The notes beneath the pieces were generated by a model. It was not told the origin of the DNA, did not search any database, and saw only the letters and a list, made by a program, of their open reading frames with translations. DNA of 64,000 bases from assembly GCF_026210795.1 (NCBI RefSeq), contig NC_089431.1, positions 3,844,001 to 3,908,000 on the forward strand. Reading direction: 5' to 3'. Positions within the stretch are counted from its first letter, which is position 1. Each line of letters opens with the position of its first letter. The DNA comes from Rhizophagus irregularis. Lineage: Eukaryota. Of this stretch, positions 40,438 to 53,480 are shown one piece after another. Position numbers and translations under genes: made by a program.

Positions 40438-40448
40438 ATTTGGCTCAC

Positions 40449-40528
40449 TTGATGATCGGAATGTTGTTCATTTTTGGCTGAAATTAACGTTAATTTTAGC
40501 CCAAAATGATCAACATTCCGATCATCAA
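40449..40528. repeat. 80-bp near-perfect palindrome (fold-back mini-element)
   Basis: ttgatgatcggaatgttgttcatttttggctgaaatt-aacgtt-aattttagcccaaaatgatcaacattccgatcatcaa. Confidence 0.85.
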
Positions 40529-40692
40529 ATCCATTTGATTATATTTTGATCTGCACTGTACTGTATGACAAATTTATTGAGTAACAGTGTTATGTTACAC
40601 TAGGAAAAATGGTTATCATCGCATATTTATGTAATTGTTTTGACACCTTCTCTTCCGATTATTGTTTTTTTTTTTTAAAAAAAAAAAAAAAC

Positions 40693-42073
40693 ATGTCATC
40701 TCAAGATGATATTACATGTAAAAACTGTGGTGAATTATATACAGATATACATCATAAATGGTGTAAACCATGTCTAATAAATGGTTTAAAACAAAATTTT
40801 GTAAATTGGACTAGTGGAAATGAAGAAATTGACAATTTTATTCAAATAACACAATTAAAAATTGATAATTTGGAGGATACAATTGTTGAATGGATACCAT
40901 ATGACCAGTTTGATAATATTAAAGAAATAGGTAAAGGTGAATTTGCTACAGTCTATTTAGCAAAATGGAAAGATGGCCCATTATTATATCAATATGAAAG
41001 AATACCTTATAAAGAAGTTGCTTTAAAATGTTTACATAATTCACAAAATATTACTAATGAATTTTTAAATGAGGTAAATGAAATTTATTTTTTTAGACTT
41101 CATTAAACAATTTCTCAATAATGATTGTTTTTACTTTTTGATAGGTTAATGCATACTCTATTGGTATTAATAATAACATTCTCAGAATATATGGGATATC
41201 CCAAAATCCAGATACAAATAACTATATTATTGTACTTGAATATGCCAATGGTGGAAATCTTAATAATTACAATAATAATATCATTAGGAATTATAATTGG
41301 ATTAGTAAATTGTCTGTACTAAGTGGAATTGTTCAAGGTCTTAATAAAATTCATGAAAAAAGATTAGTTCATCGTGATTTCCATACAGGAAATATATTGG
41401 TATCATTTAGAGATAATGCTACTGGAGATGCTGAAAGTGATATATATATTTCAGATATGAGATTATGTGGTGAAGTTAGTAATATAGGCAAAACAAAAAT
41501 TTATGGAGTTATGCCATTTGTAGCTCCTGAAGTATTAAGAGGAGAGCCATATAATCAAGCAGCAGATGTATATAGTTTTGGTATGGTTATGTATCATATT
41601 GCAACTGGAAGACAACCTTTTTCCAATTGTGCCCATGATAGTATTTTAGCATTAAATATATGTAATGGAAATAGACCTGAAATAAATGAACAAGAAGCAC
41701 CAAAATTTTATATTGATTTAATGAAAAATTGTTGGGATCCAGATCCATATAAGAGACCAAGTGTTATTGAAATAAAAAAATTGGTCAAAGATTCTCTCCG
41801 TGATGATGATGATGAAATCAAAAAGCAAATTGAAGAAGCAGAAGAATATAGAAAAACAAATTTTTTATCTACTGGAATTAGTCAATCAATTCATCCACAA
41901 GCTTATTATACTTCTCGATTACTCAATCAATTTACAAAAGAACTTTCAAAACATGATGATACTTACAATATTTCGGCTGAGATTATTGATTTTACAGAGT
42001 ATGTGTAACATTTACTTAAATTATTGTTTATTTTATTGAAAATTTATTAAATTATAAATCATTTTATAGGTAG
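40693..42073 (+). CDS. Protein kinase (TKL-like) with short CxxC..CxxC N-terminus
   Basis: Likely ATG 40693 after a poly-T/poly-A tract; exons 40693-41073, 41145-41998, 42070-42073 (or read-through stop at 42008). Motifs IGKGEFATVY, VALK, HRDFHTGN, DMRLC, FVAPE, DVYSFG. Confidence 0.92.
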
Positions 42074-42471
42074 GTTATCAAACAAAAAACGAAAAATAAG
42101 TCAATTAGAACATGCATTTGCACCAAATATAAAATACATTTTATTAAAGTTCATCTAAGAAAAAAGTGATGAATATAAGATATAATGGTGTAACACAATT
42201 GTGAAAACTCATGTTCTAATTATATCTAAACTCCTTATGTTAGATAAGATGCAACAAATTTTAAGCCTAATATTAACATTTAACACAATTTTATAACTAG
42301 GATATTATTTTTTTTTATTGATATTATTGTATTTTGTTCAACACTAATTATAGAGTATATGTAATTTTTTTTTTACATAAATAAAAAATTAGTTTGTAAT
42401 TGAACAAATAAAATATAAGATTCAAAAATATTATTAACTGTTAATTTTATGGTGATTAAAATTAAAAAAAT

Positions 42472-43364
42472 AATTGAATTCTCTTTATGAATCCAATGAA
42501 GTGCATTAATTATTAAAAAAGTAATTTTAATTCTTTCTTCCCATGTAAGTTGATTATGATTTTGTTGTAAATATTCTCTTAAATTTACATCCAGTTTGTT
42601 TATTATAAGCATATAATTTCTATTTGATGGATTTTGTGTTAAACCAAAGCATTGAACAATTTCTGGATATTTGTTGCTTATAGTCAAATGTGATTTAGCC
42701 TATAAAAAATGATTTCAAATTTTAGTTTCTTATAAATAAAGAAAATATCTTAAATTTTTTTAGATTACAAACCTTCTCAAACCAACTTTGACTTGCACTT
42801 TCAACATTTTCTAATTGTTTAAGTATTACTTCAATAGTTCTAGATTTTATTAATTTTCGTTCTTTAGAATCCCATTCATAATAATTTCCATTAATCCAAC
42901 TTGCCGTATAAATCTCAGAGAAACCACCTCTTGTTAAATATTCAATATTTTGTAAATTATTATATGGGATCAATTCAGTTATATTACTAGGTACAAATGT
43001 TTTCATTTGACAATTTTTTATTAAATTATCAATATCATTATTTCCAGGTGTCCAATTTGAAAAATTAACTTTTAAATAATTTTTAACACAATATTCACAA
43101 TATAATGTAGTTTAAACATTTTTGGTTACAATTTTCACAAATTCTTCTTGTTCCTGAATTAAAATGAATTTTATCTCGGTCATAATCTTCATTATTTAAT
43201 CTTATTGCTTCAGTTTTTTCCTCTTCTGTAAGAGAATTATCAGCAAGAATTGTTTGTTGCATAAATTCATAATGTTTATGAAAACCTTTGTGAATATTAT
43301 AATCAATTAATGTAAATGCTCTATTAAGTGCTGCATTTATTAGGTTCATTCGAATAGTAGACAT
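42472..43364 (-). pseudogene. Truncated protein-kinase pseudogene
   Basis: MSTIRMNLINAALNRA N-terminus, +1 frameshift near 43113, YLTRGGFSEIY G-loop, intron 42772-42700. Homology ends at WIHKENSI, immediately before the expected HRD motif. Confidence 0.88.
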
Positions 43365-44017
43365 AATTATTATAAAGTGTGTTTAATAATTTGTTAAAAA
43401 AGATAACTTTTTTAACTTGGTCGTTAGTTATACAAAATTAATGGTGTAACTTGTCAAACTATTTTTCATGTCACAGTTGTAACACCACATTAACTATTAC
43501 ACCAATAATGAAAATGTTACAAATAAATAACATTTTTTTTTAGTAAATGCCGTTATTAATTTAATATTCATAATAAAATGCAATTGTACAATATAGACCT
43601 TGTACAAATAAAAAATATTATATTAACTGCTAAGTGTACAGAAAATAAATTTGTCTCGAAACTGAGATCATCATTCGACAATCTGGATTTTACAAATTAT
43701 AATAATTATGATGGAATTAATAACTATTATAATCTAGTATGAATAATACAACAAAAAGTCAAAAGTTTAAGAGTTTAGTTATTTAAGAAATTATTTAATG
43801 TAAAAATTACTTAACTACGGAATGTATTTAAATAAAGAATTAGAAATTCTCTTTCTTTATTACTGAAATCATTGATTGAAGTCATTATTAAATAAAAGTC
43901 TCAAAAAATATTTATTGTAATAAATCAAAAGTTAATCTTACGATTTTTTTTTTTCCTTTCTTATATTGACACATTTGATTTTATCTGCTCAAGCTTTAAA
44001 GATAAAAACTAGGAATA

Positions 44018-45254
44018 TAGAAAGTAAGTAACGGAAATTGGCAAAGTAAGTAACGTAAAGTCACATGATCTATTACGTTACTTCTCTTATATAAGGTACG
44101 GAACGTGAATTTTTTTGGTAAATACTTTACGTTACTCCTTATATTTGCCACATGATCGCGCCATGTTTATTTGTTTATCGAATCTCGTTTTCAGTATAGG
44201 TTCACTTCCTCGGTTCCTTCCGGTTCTGCAATTAAGGTTCAGTTGTTTTAGTTGTTTTCACTTTACGTTTCGTTTCTTACTCATTTTTTTTTAGATATTT
44301 TAGTTCTTTCAGCTCTAAAATTAATAAAGGTATGTTTTTTTTATTTTTTTTTATTTTTTTTATTTTGTTTTTATCTTATATTTCGTTTCTTACTAACTTC
44401 ATTTTTTTTTACCTTATGGTTTATTTTTTACTTAGTTTCCTATCATTACCCAACCTCCTATCATGAACATATTTTTATTTTTGTCTCTCATCATTTTTCA
44501 CCTCATATTACTTCTCATTATTCATCTCCATTATTTCTATTACATCTTTTCATTTTCCATTATTTCTTTTTCTCTCCTGTTTACTTCCCATCACTCCTTT
44601 TTCATCTCCCATGATTTCTTTTTGTCTCTCATCATTTCTTTTGTCTCTCATCACTTCCTTTCGTCTCCCATCACTCCTTTTTATCTCCCATCATGTTCTA
44701 TTTCTCCTTTTTGTTTCCTATCACTTCTCATTGCTCTCTTTTACTCCCTTTCATCTTCTATTACTTTCCATTACTCCATTGTTATTTCATTTTTTTTATT
44801 AGCATCTTTCTCCTTGATCATTATAATTTACTTATCTTTTTTATTTATTGTTATTGTTTTTTTTATTTTTATCACTTCATTAAAAATAAATATGGTGATT
44901 TTTTTCTTTAAAATCGAAAATGTGTGACTTAAATTTTAATATTTGCAAATAAAATTTCATTAAATAAGATTATTTGAATTAAATATCTTTGCAATAAAAT
45001 TTTAAGTTTAACCGATCAAAAATTAGTTAAGTTAAAACAATCGATTAATAAATTTACTCTATATATTGTGCATCATGTGACAATTGTGACATACTTAAAA
45101 AAAAACCCAGGCGACGTTTAGCAATCCGGCAATCCCCTTATATAATTTTCTGTACGTTATATAAGGGGAGTAACGTAAATTGACTTTATGTTCCTTGCCT
45201 TATATAAAATAGTAATTTTACGTTACTTAGCCAATTCCCATTACTCACTTACTA
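44018..45254. mobile_element. Non-autonomous TIR element (~1.24 kb) with pyrimidine-rich low-complexity interior
   Basis: Left tagaaagtaagtaacggaaattggcaaagtaa vs right (reverse complement) tagtaagtgagtaatgggaattggctaagtaa; inner inverted tacgttacttctcttatataa / ttatataaggggagtaacgta. No TSD seen. Confidence 0.72.
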
Positions 45255-45532
45255 CCTGCCGAAAAACTAGCAGTCCAACTGTGCACATATTTGCGAGCAA
45301 AGTTGGTTTCATACGCTAAAAGAGATCGGCAACCCGGAATTGTACCAAAGGACCTAACCTGTAGACTTGTAAGGCTAGTAGATCCTTTGTTAATCGCACG
45401 GAATTAACAGAAAAGGAATGATTTACATGTAATTTTTGGTTCTTTTGTTGTCCTTTTATGGAATATTAAATAAATTGTACAAAATCTGAAAATTGATAAA
45501 TTGCAACCTCCCCTCCCTTTTCTTTTAATAAC

Positions 45533-47191
45533 ATGACATGCTCAAAAATATTTTCAGGAGATTTACCTGAATTAACAGAAGTAATTATACAGTATTTTAG
45601 AAAAGATATTTCAACATTGTATTCATGCATTTTAATAAATAGATTATGGTGTCGTTTAGCCATTCCATTATTATGGGAAGATCCATTTCCAAAGAAAGAT
45701 CCATTTTCAAGGGAATATCTCGAAAATCAACACTTTATTGAAATTTACTTAAGTAAATTAAATGAAGATGTTAAAACAAAATTATATGAATATGGAGTTA
45801 ATAATAATTTAATATCTTCAAATACATTATTATTCAATTATCCTAGCTTTATTAAATACTTAAATATAGATGAAATTTTTAGTTCTATTCGAACGTGGGT
45901 TGATACTGTAGTGGGTAAAAACCAATGGAACCTATTAAACTTAATTTATAGGTCATTACTCGAAATGTTTATTGAAAATGAAGGAAATTTATATTCTTTG
46001 GAAGTTGACCTGTCTACGAGTTATAGTTACTATTTTGATAATAATATAGACTTGATTTTACAAAATCCAAACCTTACATATAATATTAGAAATTTAACAT
46101 TCCGTATTCATGGTTATAATCCTCAAAATATTATTAAATTATTAAAATTTTTATATTCTAATTGTAATTCAATCTTATCGATGGGTTTAAATTTTCCTTT
46201 ATATGATATCATTCGTGATCGTCCATTAATTGAAAAATGTTTAACAAAAATAATTAATTCACAACATAATCTCAAAAAAATTTCATTTGATTTAGGTACT
46301 ACTTTATATAATCCATTTTTATCATTAAAAAATTCTAATTGTTCAAATACTTTGAATATAATTATATTTTATTACATTGATTTTAAGGATATAATTAGTA
46401 TTTTACAAGAGGTTTTTGATCAATTGAATGTCTTAGAATCTATTCATATTTTATATTGTCATTCTTTAAATTCTGATTTTGTTCAACAAATTATTAAGGT
46501 TAATAAACCAATTAAATTGAGATCTTTATTTATGAATGAAATATTACATGTTGAATCATTACAATTACTATTAGAGAAATTTGGTGATTATTTAGAAAAT
46601 TTTGGATTTGAATATATGAGTAACGAATATAATGAACCAAAACGACAATTATTTAAATCAATTATGGAATATTGTACAAAGATTAGATATTTTGATTCTG
46701 GTAAACCTTATGATAATAATATTTACTTATTCATTAAAAACAATCAACATAATATTAATTATCTTACTATTGGATTGGATTTTATTCACTCTAATTATAC
46801 TGATTTAAGTTCTATATTACAAAATTTAGGACAAGTTCTTCCTCCTAAATTAGAATATTTAAATTTATATCTTTCATTTAATAATACAAGTGATCTGGAA
46901 ATATTTTTAAAAAATTCACAAAATACTTTTATTAAGAAATTATTAATTAGAAATATAGTGGTGAATGAAGATGAAAATATTAATAATATTAATATTTTAT
47001 TTTATATAAAAAAATATATTATGAAGAAGGAAAGGGTTAAATATTTGGCTATTAATTCTGATAATGATGATTATGAATTATTTTCTTTAAAAGACGAAGT
47101 AAATGAATTTAAATTATATAATATTATAGTTAAAAAATTCTCTGATTTAAATTTTAGTTCATATAGTTTTATAAATAATTTTAATGAATAA
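45533..47191 (+). CDS. F-box domain protein with degenerate LRR/RNI-like region (552 aa, intronless)
   Basis: N-terminal LPELTEVIIQYFRKDISTLYSCILINRLWCRLAIPLLWEDPF F-box motif, LLFNYPSFIKYL, and repeated LxxLxL segments; uninterrupted ORF. Confidence 0.92.
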   Translation: MTCSKIFSGDLPELTEVIIQYFRKDISTLYSCILINRLWCRLAIPLLWEDPFPKKDPFSREYLENQHFIEIYLSKLNEDVKTKLYEYGVNNNLISSNTLLFNYPSFIKYLNIDEIFSSIRTWVDTVVGKNQWNLLNLIYRSLLEMFIENEGNLYSLEVDLSTSYSYYFDNNIDLILQNPNLTYNIRNLTFRIHGYNPQNIIKLLKFLYSNCNSILSMGLNFPLYDIIRDRPLIEKCLTKIINSQHNLKKISFDLGTTLYNPFLSLKNSNCSNTLNIIIFYYIDFKDIISILQEVFDQLNVLESIHILYCHSLNSDFVQQIIKVNKPIKLRSLFMNEILHVESLQLLLEKFGDYLENFGFEYMSNEYNEPKRQLFKSIMEYCTKIRYFDSGKPYDNNIYLFIKNNQHNINYLTIGLDFIHSNYTDLSSILQNLGQVLPPKLEYLNLYLSFNNTSDLEIFLKNSQNTFIKKLLIRNIVVNEDENINNINILFYIKKYIMKKERVKYLAINSDNDDYELFSLKDEVNEFKLYNIIVKKFSDLNFSSYSFINNFNE

Positions 47192-47223
47192 AAACCAGAG
47201 TTTAAGAATGGAAGTTGTATTTT

Positions 47224-47478
47224 AATTGTCCGGAGCGAAGCAAAGGACTATATATGTTTACGCACTATGATGATCTATGGAAATAACGTGTAAATTTTCA
47301 ATCACGTGAGTTTCTCTGTCCAGGAATTCCAAGGTGTTATGCTGCTAATCAGCAGAAAATTACCGGAATTCCAAGGCGTTATGATTCCAAGGCGTTATGC
47401 TGCTAATTAATAGAATATCGCTACATCTTTATTATTATACCTCGCTCCGGACTTACAACGGTTCCCGTTTCCTAGTTT
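47224..47478 (+). mobile_element. Helentron/Helitron-type non-autonomous element (HINE-like)
   Basis: Subterminal inverted repeat gtccggagcga (47228-47238) / tcgctccggac (47442-47452), 3' hairpin aacgg-ttc-ccgtt (47457-47469), CTAG (47472-47475) then TTT; internal attccaaggcgttatg repeats; T-rich insertion site. Confidence 0.72.
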
Positions 47479-48909
47479 ATTAATGTGATTATGGAAAGTC
47501 TAATCAAATTCTAATTGAAAAATCTGTATAATTTGAAGTTTTAAATTTATATATTAAAAGTATTATTTTCTGACTCATATATGAATTTGTCTATAAATGT
47601 ATTAAAAAGATGTTTGGTCCAACGAACAAATTGGCATATGTAATAATAAATTTTCCTATATTATTATCGAATGATAATGAATTAAAAGAAAATTTTAGAG
47701 AAAAGTATATTAATAGTAAAGATAATTAATCAATTAATAATTTACAAATAAAAATTAAGCTATTATTTTGTAAATTACCTTCATATTAATTTTATTTATG
47801 TAAATAAAGTTAAACATATTTTATTTCATAAGCGTATTGATGATAATTTTAAGTAAATAATTGGTAAGATCTAACGAATGTAATAACCAAAATTAAATTT
47901 TTGATTCAAAATTTACATTTAGTATCGATATCATAAAAATAAAACATGCATAAATCTATTTTAATTGCTGGAAATTCCTGGAAATTGATTTAAAATTTCA
48001 TTATACTTAACTGATTTGATTTTTTTTTTTTAATATGTATAAATAACAATGTTAAACTAAAAAAAAACTATATATAAACTATGAATATACTTTTTTTGCA
48101 AAAAAAAAACTGATCCTCTATTATCATTAACCGTTCATGAAAAAAGAAATGGATGTCTTGTTATATTTTTAAGATTTTTTAATCTAGCAATTATTATCTT
48201 TTAATGCATTCTGTTATTGATAATAATATTCTTTTACGATTTAATTATTATGATTCGACTAAGAAGTTATTTAATCATTAAATAAATGGAAAGTATAATT
48301 CAATTATTTAATCTTTAAAGAAATTATGAAATTTCAACAGTTGATAAAAAAATTGTAATGAGATCAAAAAATTAAAATTTTTATTTTAACATCTTTAATA
48401 TATAACATGAACTTTGATTGATAATTGATTTGTTTTTTCTTTTAGTGTTTCCAAAAAAATATGGTATGTATTTATAAACTTTTTTTGAGTTCTTGGCTAA
48501 TGACGTAAATGTTTTTAAAATATAGTAGTAACACAATGAATTTTATGCTCATTATATTGTGAATAAAACAAAAAATAAATTTATTTCTAGTAAAATAAAA
48601 TTTTAAAATATCATAATTTGCTAAGATAAATTAATATTATTAAAATTTATTCCAACATAGATTAAATAATTTCATACAGTTTTGATGTGGCGGCATGTTC
48701 ACACTATAGAATTCTAAGGAGAGATACAACAAAGAATACTAAAGGATTAAATAAATTGAAAGTTGAACGAAGTTGTAGTTGTGGCGCAGCATAATACTGT
48801 AAATAAACAACGCTCGTGTATTAAGACTATTTTTATCATTGAATTTTGTATTCCAGAGGTTTTCAACTCTTAATTGTTTTTAATCTGACATAAATTTCAG
48901 AAAATCTAC

Positions 48910-49294
48910 CTTTAAATGGGGATCCATTCAACTACCATATTTGGAATAAGTGATTCCAATTGATATTTCTGTCAATATAATCATCCAATTTAAAAAATTT
49001 TCTTTTAAATAATTTCGAATACAATATTCACAATATAATGTAGCTAAACACTCTTATTGGTTACAGTCTTCGCAAATTCTTTTTATTCTTAAATTATAAA
49101 TAACTTTATCTCTAAGACATAGTTAATTTTCTTACTACATAAGTTTTTTCATCATTTGTAAGAATTTTATCAGCAAGAACTGATTGTTTGTAAAGTTCAA
49201 AATGTTTGTGTATATCATTGCAAGTATTAGTATCTAATGATGCAAATGCCCTATTAATTGTTGCATTAATTAATTCATATCGAAGAGTGAACAT
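48910..49294 (-). pseudogene. Kinase N-terminal relic, same subfamily as 42472-43364
   Basis: MFTLRYELINATINRAF..., then broken frames RICEDCNQ*ECLATLYCEYCIRNYLKENF and VVEWIP; several stops and frameshifts. Confidence 0.85.
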
Positions 49295-51659
49295 AAAATA
49301 ATTCTTTCTTCCTTATTGATTACCTTAAGTTCGATCATTTGAAATCCGTGATAAATTAGTAAAATGCAATTTGTTGATCAAACTTCATGTTGTGCCCACA
49401 TAAATTTTGTGATTTTGAGGCATAGTATTTTACGCCTCATAACCATAAAGAGAAAAATATTACTAACATTATCTTTTTTTTATACTTTAATAGTATGATA
49501 ATTTTATTTTATATTTTATTTTTTTTATTTCAGTAAATATAATTTGTGTTTAACAAATTTGATTGTCATACCTTAATGAACAGTTAGTATTCCTTGATTA
49601 TATTGATTAATATTCAAAATAATTTTATGAACAAAAATCAATGATCAATTTGTAGTCATTTTTAAATCTTACTTAAAAAATCAATATAAAGATGATCGAT
49701 GAAAAGACAACTTTCTTTGGTTTACATTTTCAATTGAATTTATTTTAAAATAAACAACGTTATGAATAATGAACATGAAAAATTATAAGAAGTCATTCTT
49801 TTTAATATTACTACTAAAGTCATATCTAAGAGAAGATAATCTGTAGAATTATAATTACTTTTTTTTTATGTAATAATGGATTACAAATAGTATAAATTAA
49901 AATATTAATATTCAACTCGTTATGTGAATAAAGTTATATTACAAAGGTAAAGGTTTTAATAATAGTTTTTTAATAATATAATTAAGAGATAATATTTTGT
50001 ACAGGAATTTCCCGAATATGAAATCAAATATAATTGTATATAAACTTAACAAGATAGCCACTCAATGTGGCTGAATAAATTAGTACGGAATAATAGTGAA
50101 TCTAATAATTAAAGTTATTTTTTATTTTTTTTAATAAAACAAACCTAATTAAGTTTTTATTAAATATGAATAAAAACAAGTGAGTAAGCATTTAAAAATC
50201 TGTGTTCATCAGTTTGAATATTTTGCTCACCAGTCTAATGGAAAAATGCATTAATGGAATTATACATTTGATGGAATTTGTACAATCAGTCCAAAATGTT
50301 AATAAAGATATATATATTGTTTAAGTTTTTTTTTTTTGAGAATTTGGAATCAAACAATTTATTGATGTATAAGTATTGACCAATGCATAAGATTCTCATT
50401 AAATGTTGAAATATTGACAAAGTAAGTGATCCTAATAACAACTATATATAGATTAAAAATAATGAAAGTGATAAATAATTATTGCTATAAATCTACATAT
50501 GAATTATATCTAATGTTTAATGAAAATAATAATGAAAGTTGGCAACAAATTTAAAACATTGAAAAATTGTACAAATTTTGTTTAATGAATGTCTTAAATA
50601 AAACTTACAATAATAATAAGTTTAAATTTTGCTAAAAAAATAAAATTTGATTAAACTATGAGAATTAGGCAATAATTGTACAACAAGTACTTTTTACTGA
50701 ATGTTTCTATATCGATATATACTAAATTATGTAAATAATTGCTGTTTTCCACTTAATAATAAACCTGATCCTTTAACCTTTCCCTCTCCCTAAGTGATTT
50801 ATTATTCTTAATGTCATTGCATTGGTCAGTAAAATCTTCTATAGCAATCCTGTTGATTTCGCTCATTAGTTGGTACCTCTCCATGAGGTCACATATCATG
50901 GTAAAGGAGATAATTAGATAAGTTTACCAGAATTTCTTTTAATTTTCTTTGATAAGTTTCACATTTATTGAATGTTTTGGAGTTGGGCAAGAGTTACTTT
51001 TTTTGGATTGTTTGCTGATTGTCATTACGTCATCTGTTCCTAAAATAAATGAAGTAATAATAGAAACTTGCATTATTCAAGAGAGAAAATACTTTTTTTT
51101 AGCAATAAGCAAAGAAAAAGTATTGTGAGCTCAAATTGATGTATTTACTACAAGCTGATGTTATAACAATCAAAGCTCCTTCTATTTTAAAGCTATCAAA
51201 CTCCATTCCTTTTTTTAGATAATTATCATAATATTCTTATAGATTTTGTATATATCTTTATCATTGTAATCGGGCTGCATCATTGAGGATTTAAATTCTA
51301 AGAAAGAATTACACAAAAAAAAATTTTCTTCTATGAATTTTTTAATTTTTTCTTATTATAAATGCACTTTTGAGGTGTTTATTTTATTCAAATCTAAAGT
51401 AATTATATGGGATATATCTTAATATTTAACTTCTATGTGTTGTTCAATTTCTAATTAATATCCATTATTAATATTTGCTTATAAAATTTGATCAAAGAAT
51501 CCATTGCAATGCATGATAAGCAAAATTTTGCTTGATACTTAAATATCCATACTCATATCCAAGAAACTGTGTAATCGATATTTGTGTAAGGATATACAAT
51601 TCTGAATCATTATTAAATCGGGACAGTAAATTGTTCAACTGGGATTTTATTATCACCTT

Positions 51660-52334
51660 CTATAATTGTATATACTCTTATATAAGCCTTTCCAATTTAA
51701 TTATTCCACTTTTTGTGCCATACTTCAACATTATTTTGTATCATATTATATTCTAATTAACAAGTTCATATATAGACCATAATTTTGGTGGGAATAGTAA
51801 TGGTGCTAGGCAAATTATTATCCAACCAAACTTCCCAACAAGAGTATGATGTTTTCTCAATTCTTCTTTTAAATTTTCAGGTAAGTCATTATAATTCAGG
51901 TTTTTTTGAATTTAAATTTTCATTATTATTTTTCAAAATTGCTTTTATAAATCTACCTCTAAGTATTCTTCCTCATAATTATTATCTAATAACTCATGTT
52001 TTATTTGGATGTATAAAGAATTTAGCTTGAATAAATGTAGCTGAAGAAAAGTTGCTAAAATATTTGTTAATACTATATTCACTAGCCAATTTTTTTGATT
52101 GAATTTATTTCCAAAGATTTTGGCATGAATGGAAGAAGCATCCCTTATTAATGTGAAGGTAAGTTACAAACAATTATCTAATTCAATTAATCCTTCAAAC
52201 TAATTTGTATTTCTAAAGATTTTCTCATAACTTATAGGAAATCTGCTTTATGCTTTAATTGCCAATGCATGAATGGTATACAATTGATGAAATAGTACAT
52301 TAGATAATGTCTTAAAGGTCCCGTCCATGATCCA
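51660..52334 (-). mobile_element. Degenerate MULE (Mutator) transposase
   Basis: Minus strand WIMDGTFKTLSNVLFHQLYTIHA, KGCFFHSCQNLWK*IQ, LFPPKLWSIYE and QNNVEVWHKKWN..IGKA appear in canonical order with stops and frameshifts. Confidence 0.88.
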
Positions 52335-53329
52335 GTTTATACACAATAAATTATTATATTTTCTTTTATTTCTTATGCTGATAATTTGATTTCACTTATA
52401 ATAATTTGCAAATAGATGCATGATTTTGGTCATAAGGATATATTTCATTTTTAACTTGTATGATTTAAATATATAATACTTCTTATTGGAATGTTAATTT
52501 TTCTTTGGTTGTCTTTGTTATTTATTTTCTGAAATGTTTCAACTTTCAACTATCTTCATTTTACTTTGGATTATTCAGACTCATTAAATTTTTTAATATA
52601 TGCTCTTCATCTTTAACTATTATTAATGTTTAATATCAAATATTCCAAACTAAATGCTGAAATATGAAATATGAAGGATCTAAGAATTCCATAAGTTCTC
52701 TATTTTCATAATCATTATACATTCTTTATATACTATATTGAGTTGATATCATGTGCTTAATCCTGATATCTTTTTATCAATTCTGATCAAATTAAACACC
52801 AATCTGAAGTTAATAAATGATTAAATTTCATCCCATAATTTCGAACAATGTGAATTATATATATTTAAAAATTAAATTACAAATCATAAATAGAAAAAAA
52901 TATAGTGTTCTTAATTCTGAAGGTTATATTATTATCTCATTTGAAAAATATATAAAATACTAGTAAATGAACTATTAATAAATAATATCAATAATACAAT
53001 AAGTCATAAAGAATTATCCAGTTTAATGTTACTATTAACAATGTCTTTTCTATAAGCATTAGTATGTTATAATTATTGTTGATTTTTCTTAAGTTTATAA
53101 AAATTTCAGATATATCTTTTTCAAAGCAGTTGAGAATATCCATATAGATGTGTAAGGAATCTCCATTAAGCTTCAAGTGGTGTAAGGATATAAATATTTT
53201 AGTAGAACCATTCTAAACTATAAAAATACCATCAATATGAATGGTATTTGTTCGGGACTAATGATTCTATACACTAAAGAATTCTAATATATAAAGGTAT
53301 AAGTTTTTGAGGATATGTTACATTTCAAA

Positions 53330-53480
53330 TTTCTGCTTGACACTAAAAATAGAATTAACACAATCAAAGAGGTAGTCCAACGTGTATTAACATATTGCTT
53401 TAAACTATCTCCTTTAATACTTTTCTCTTAAAAATTCACCTATAGCATGTGACTTTTTGAAAAAAGTAACAACTTTTTTA
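53330..53480 (-). mobile_element. Degenerate hAT transposase fragment
   Basis: KKVVTFFKKSHAIGEFL, IKGDSLKQYVNTRWTT, FDCVNSI (hAT TRW motif), frameshifted. Confidence 0.72.

Noticed and set aside
44252..44927. Overlapping Phe/Leu/Ser-rich ORFs resembling membrane proteins
   Set aside because: Arise in all three frames from pyrimidine-rich low-complexity DNA inside a TIR element.
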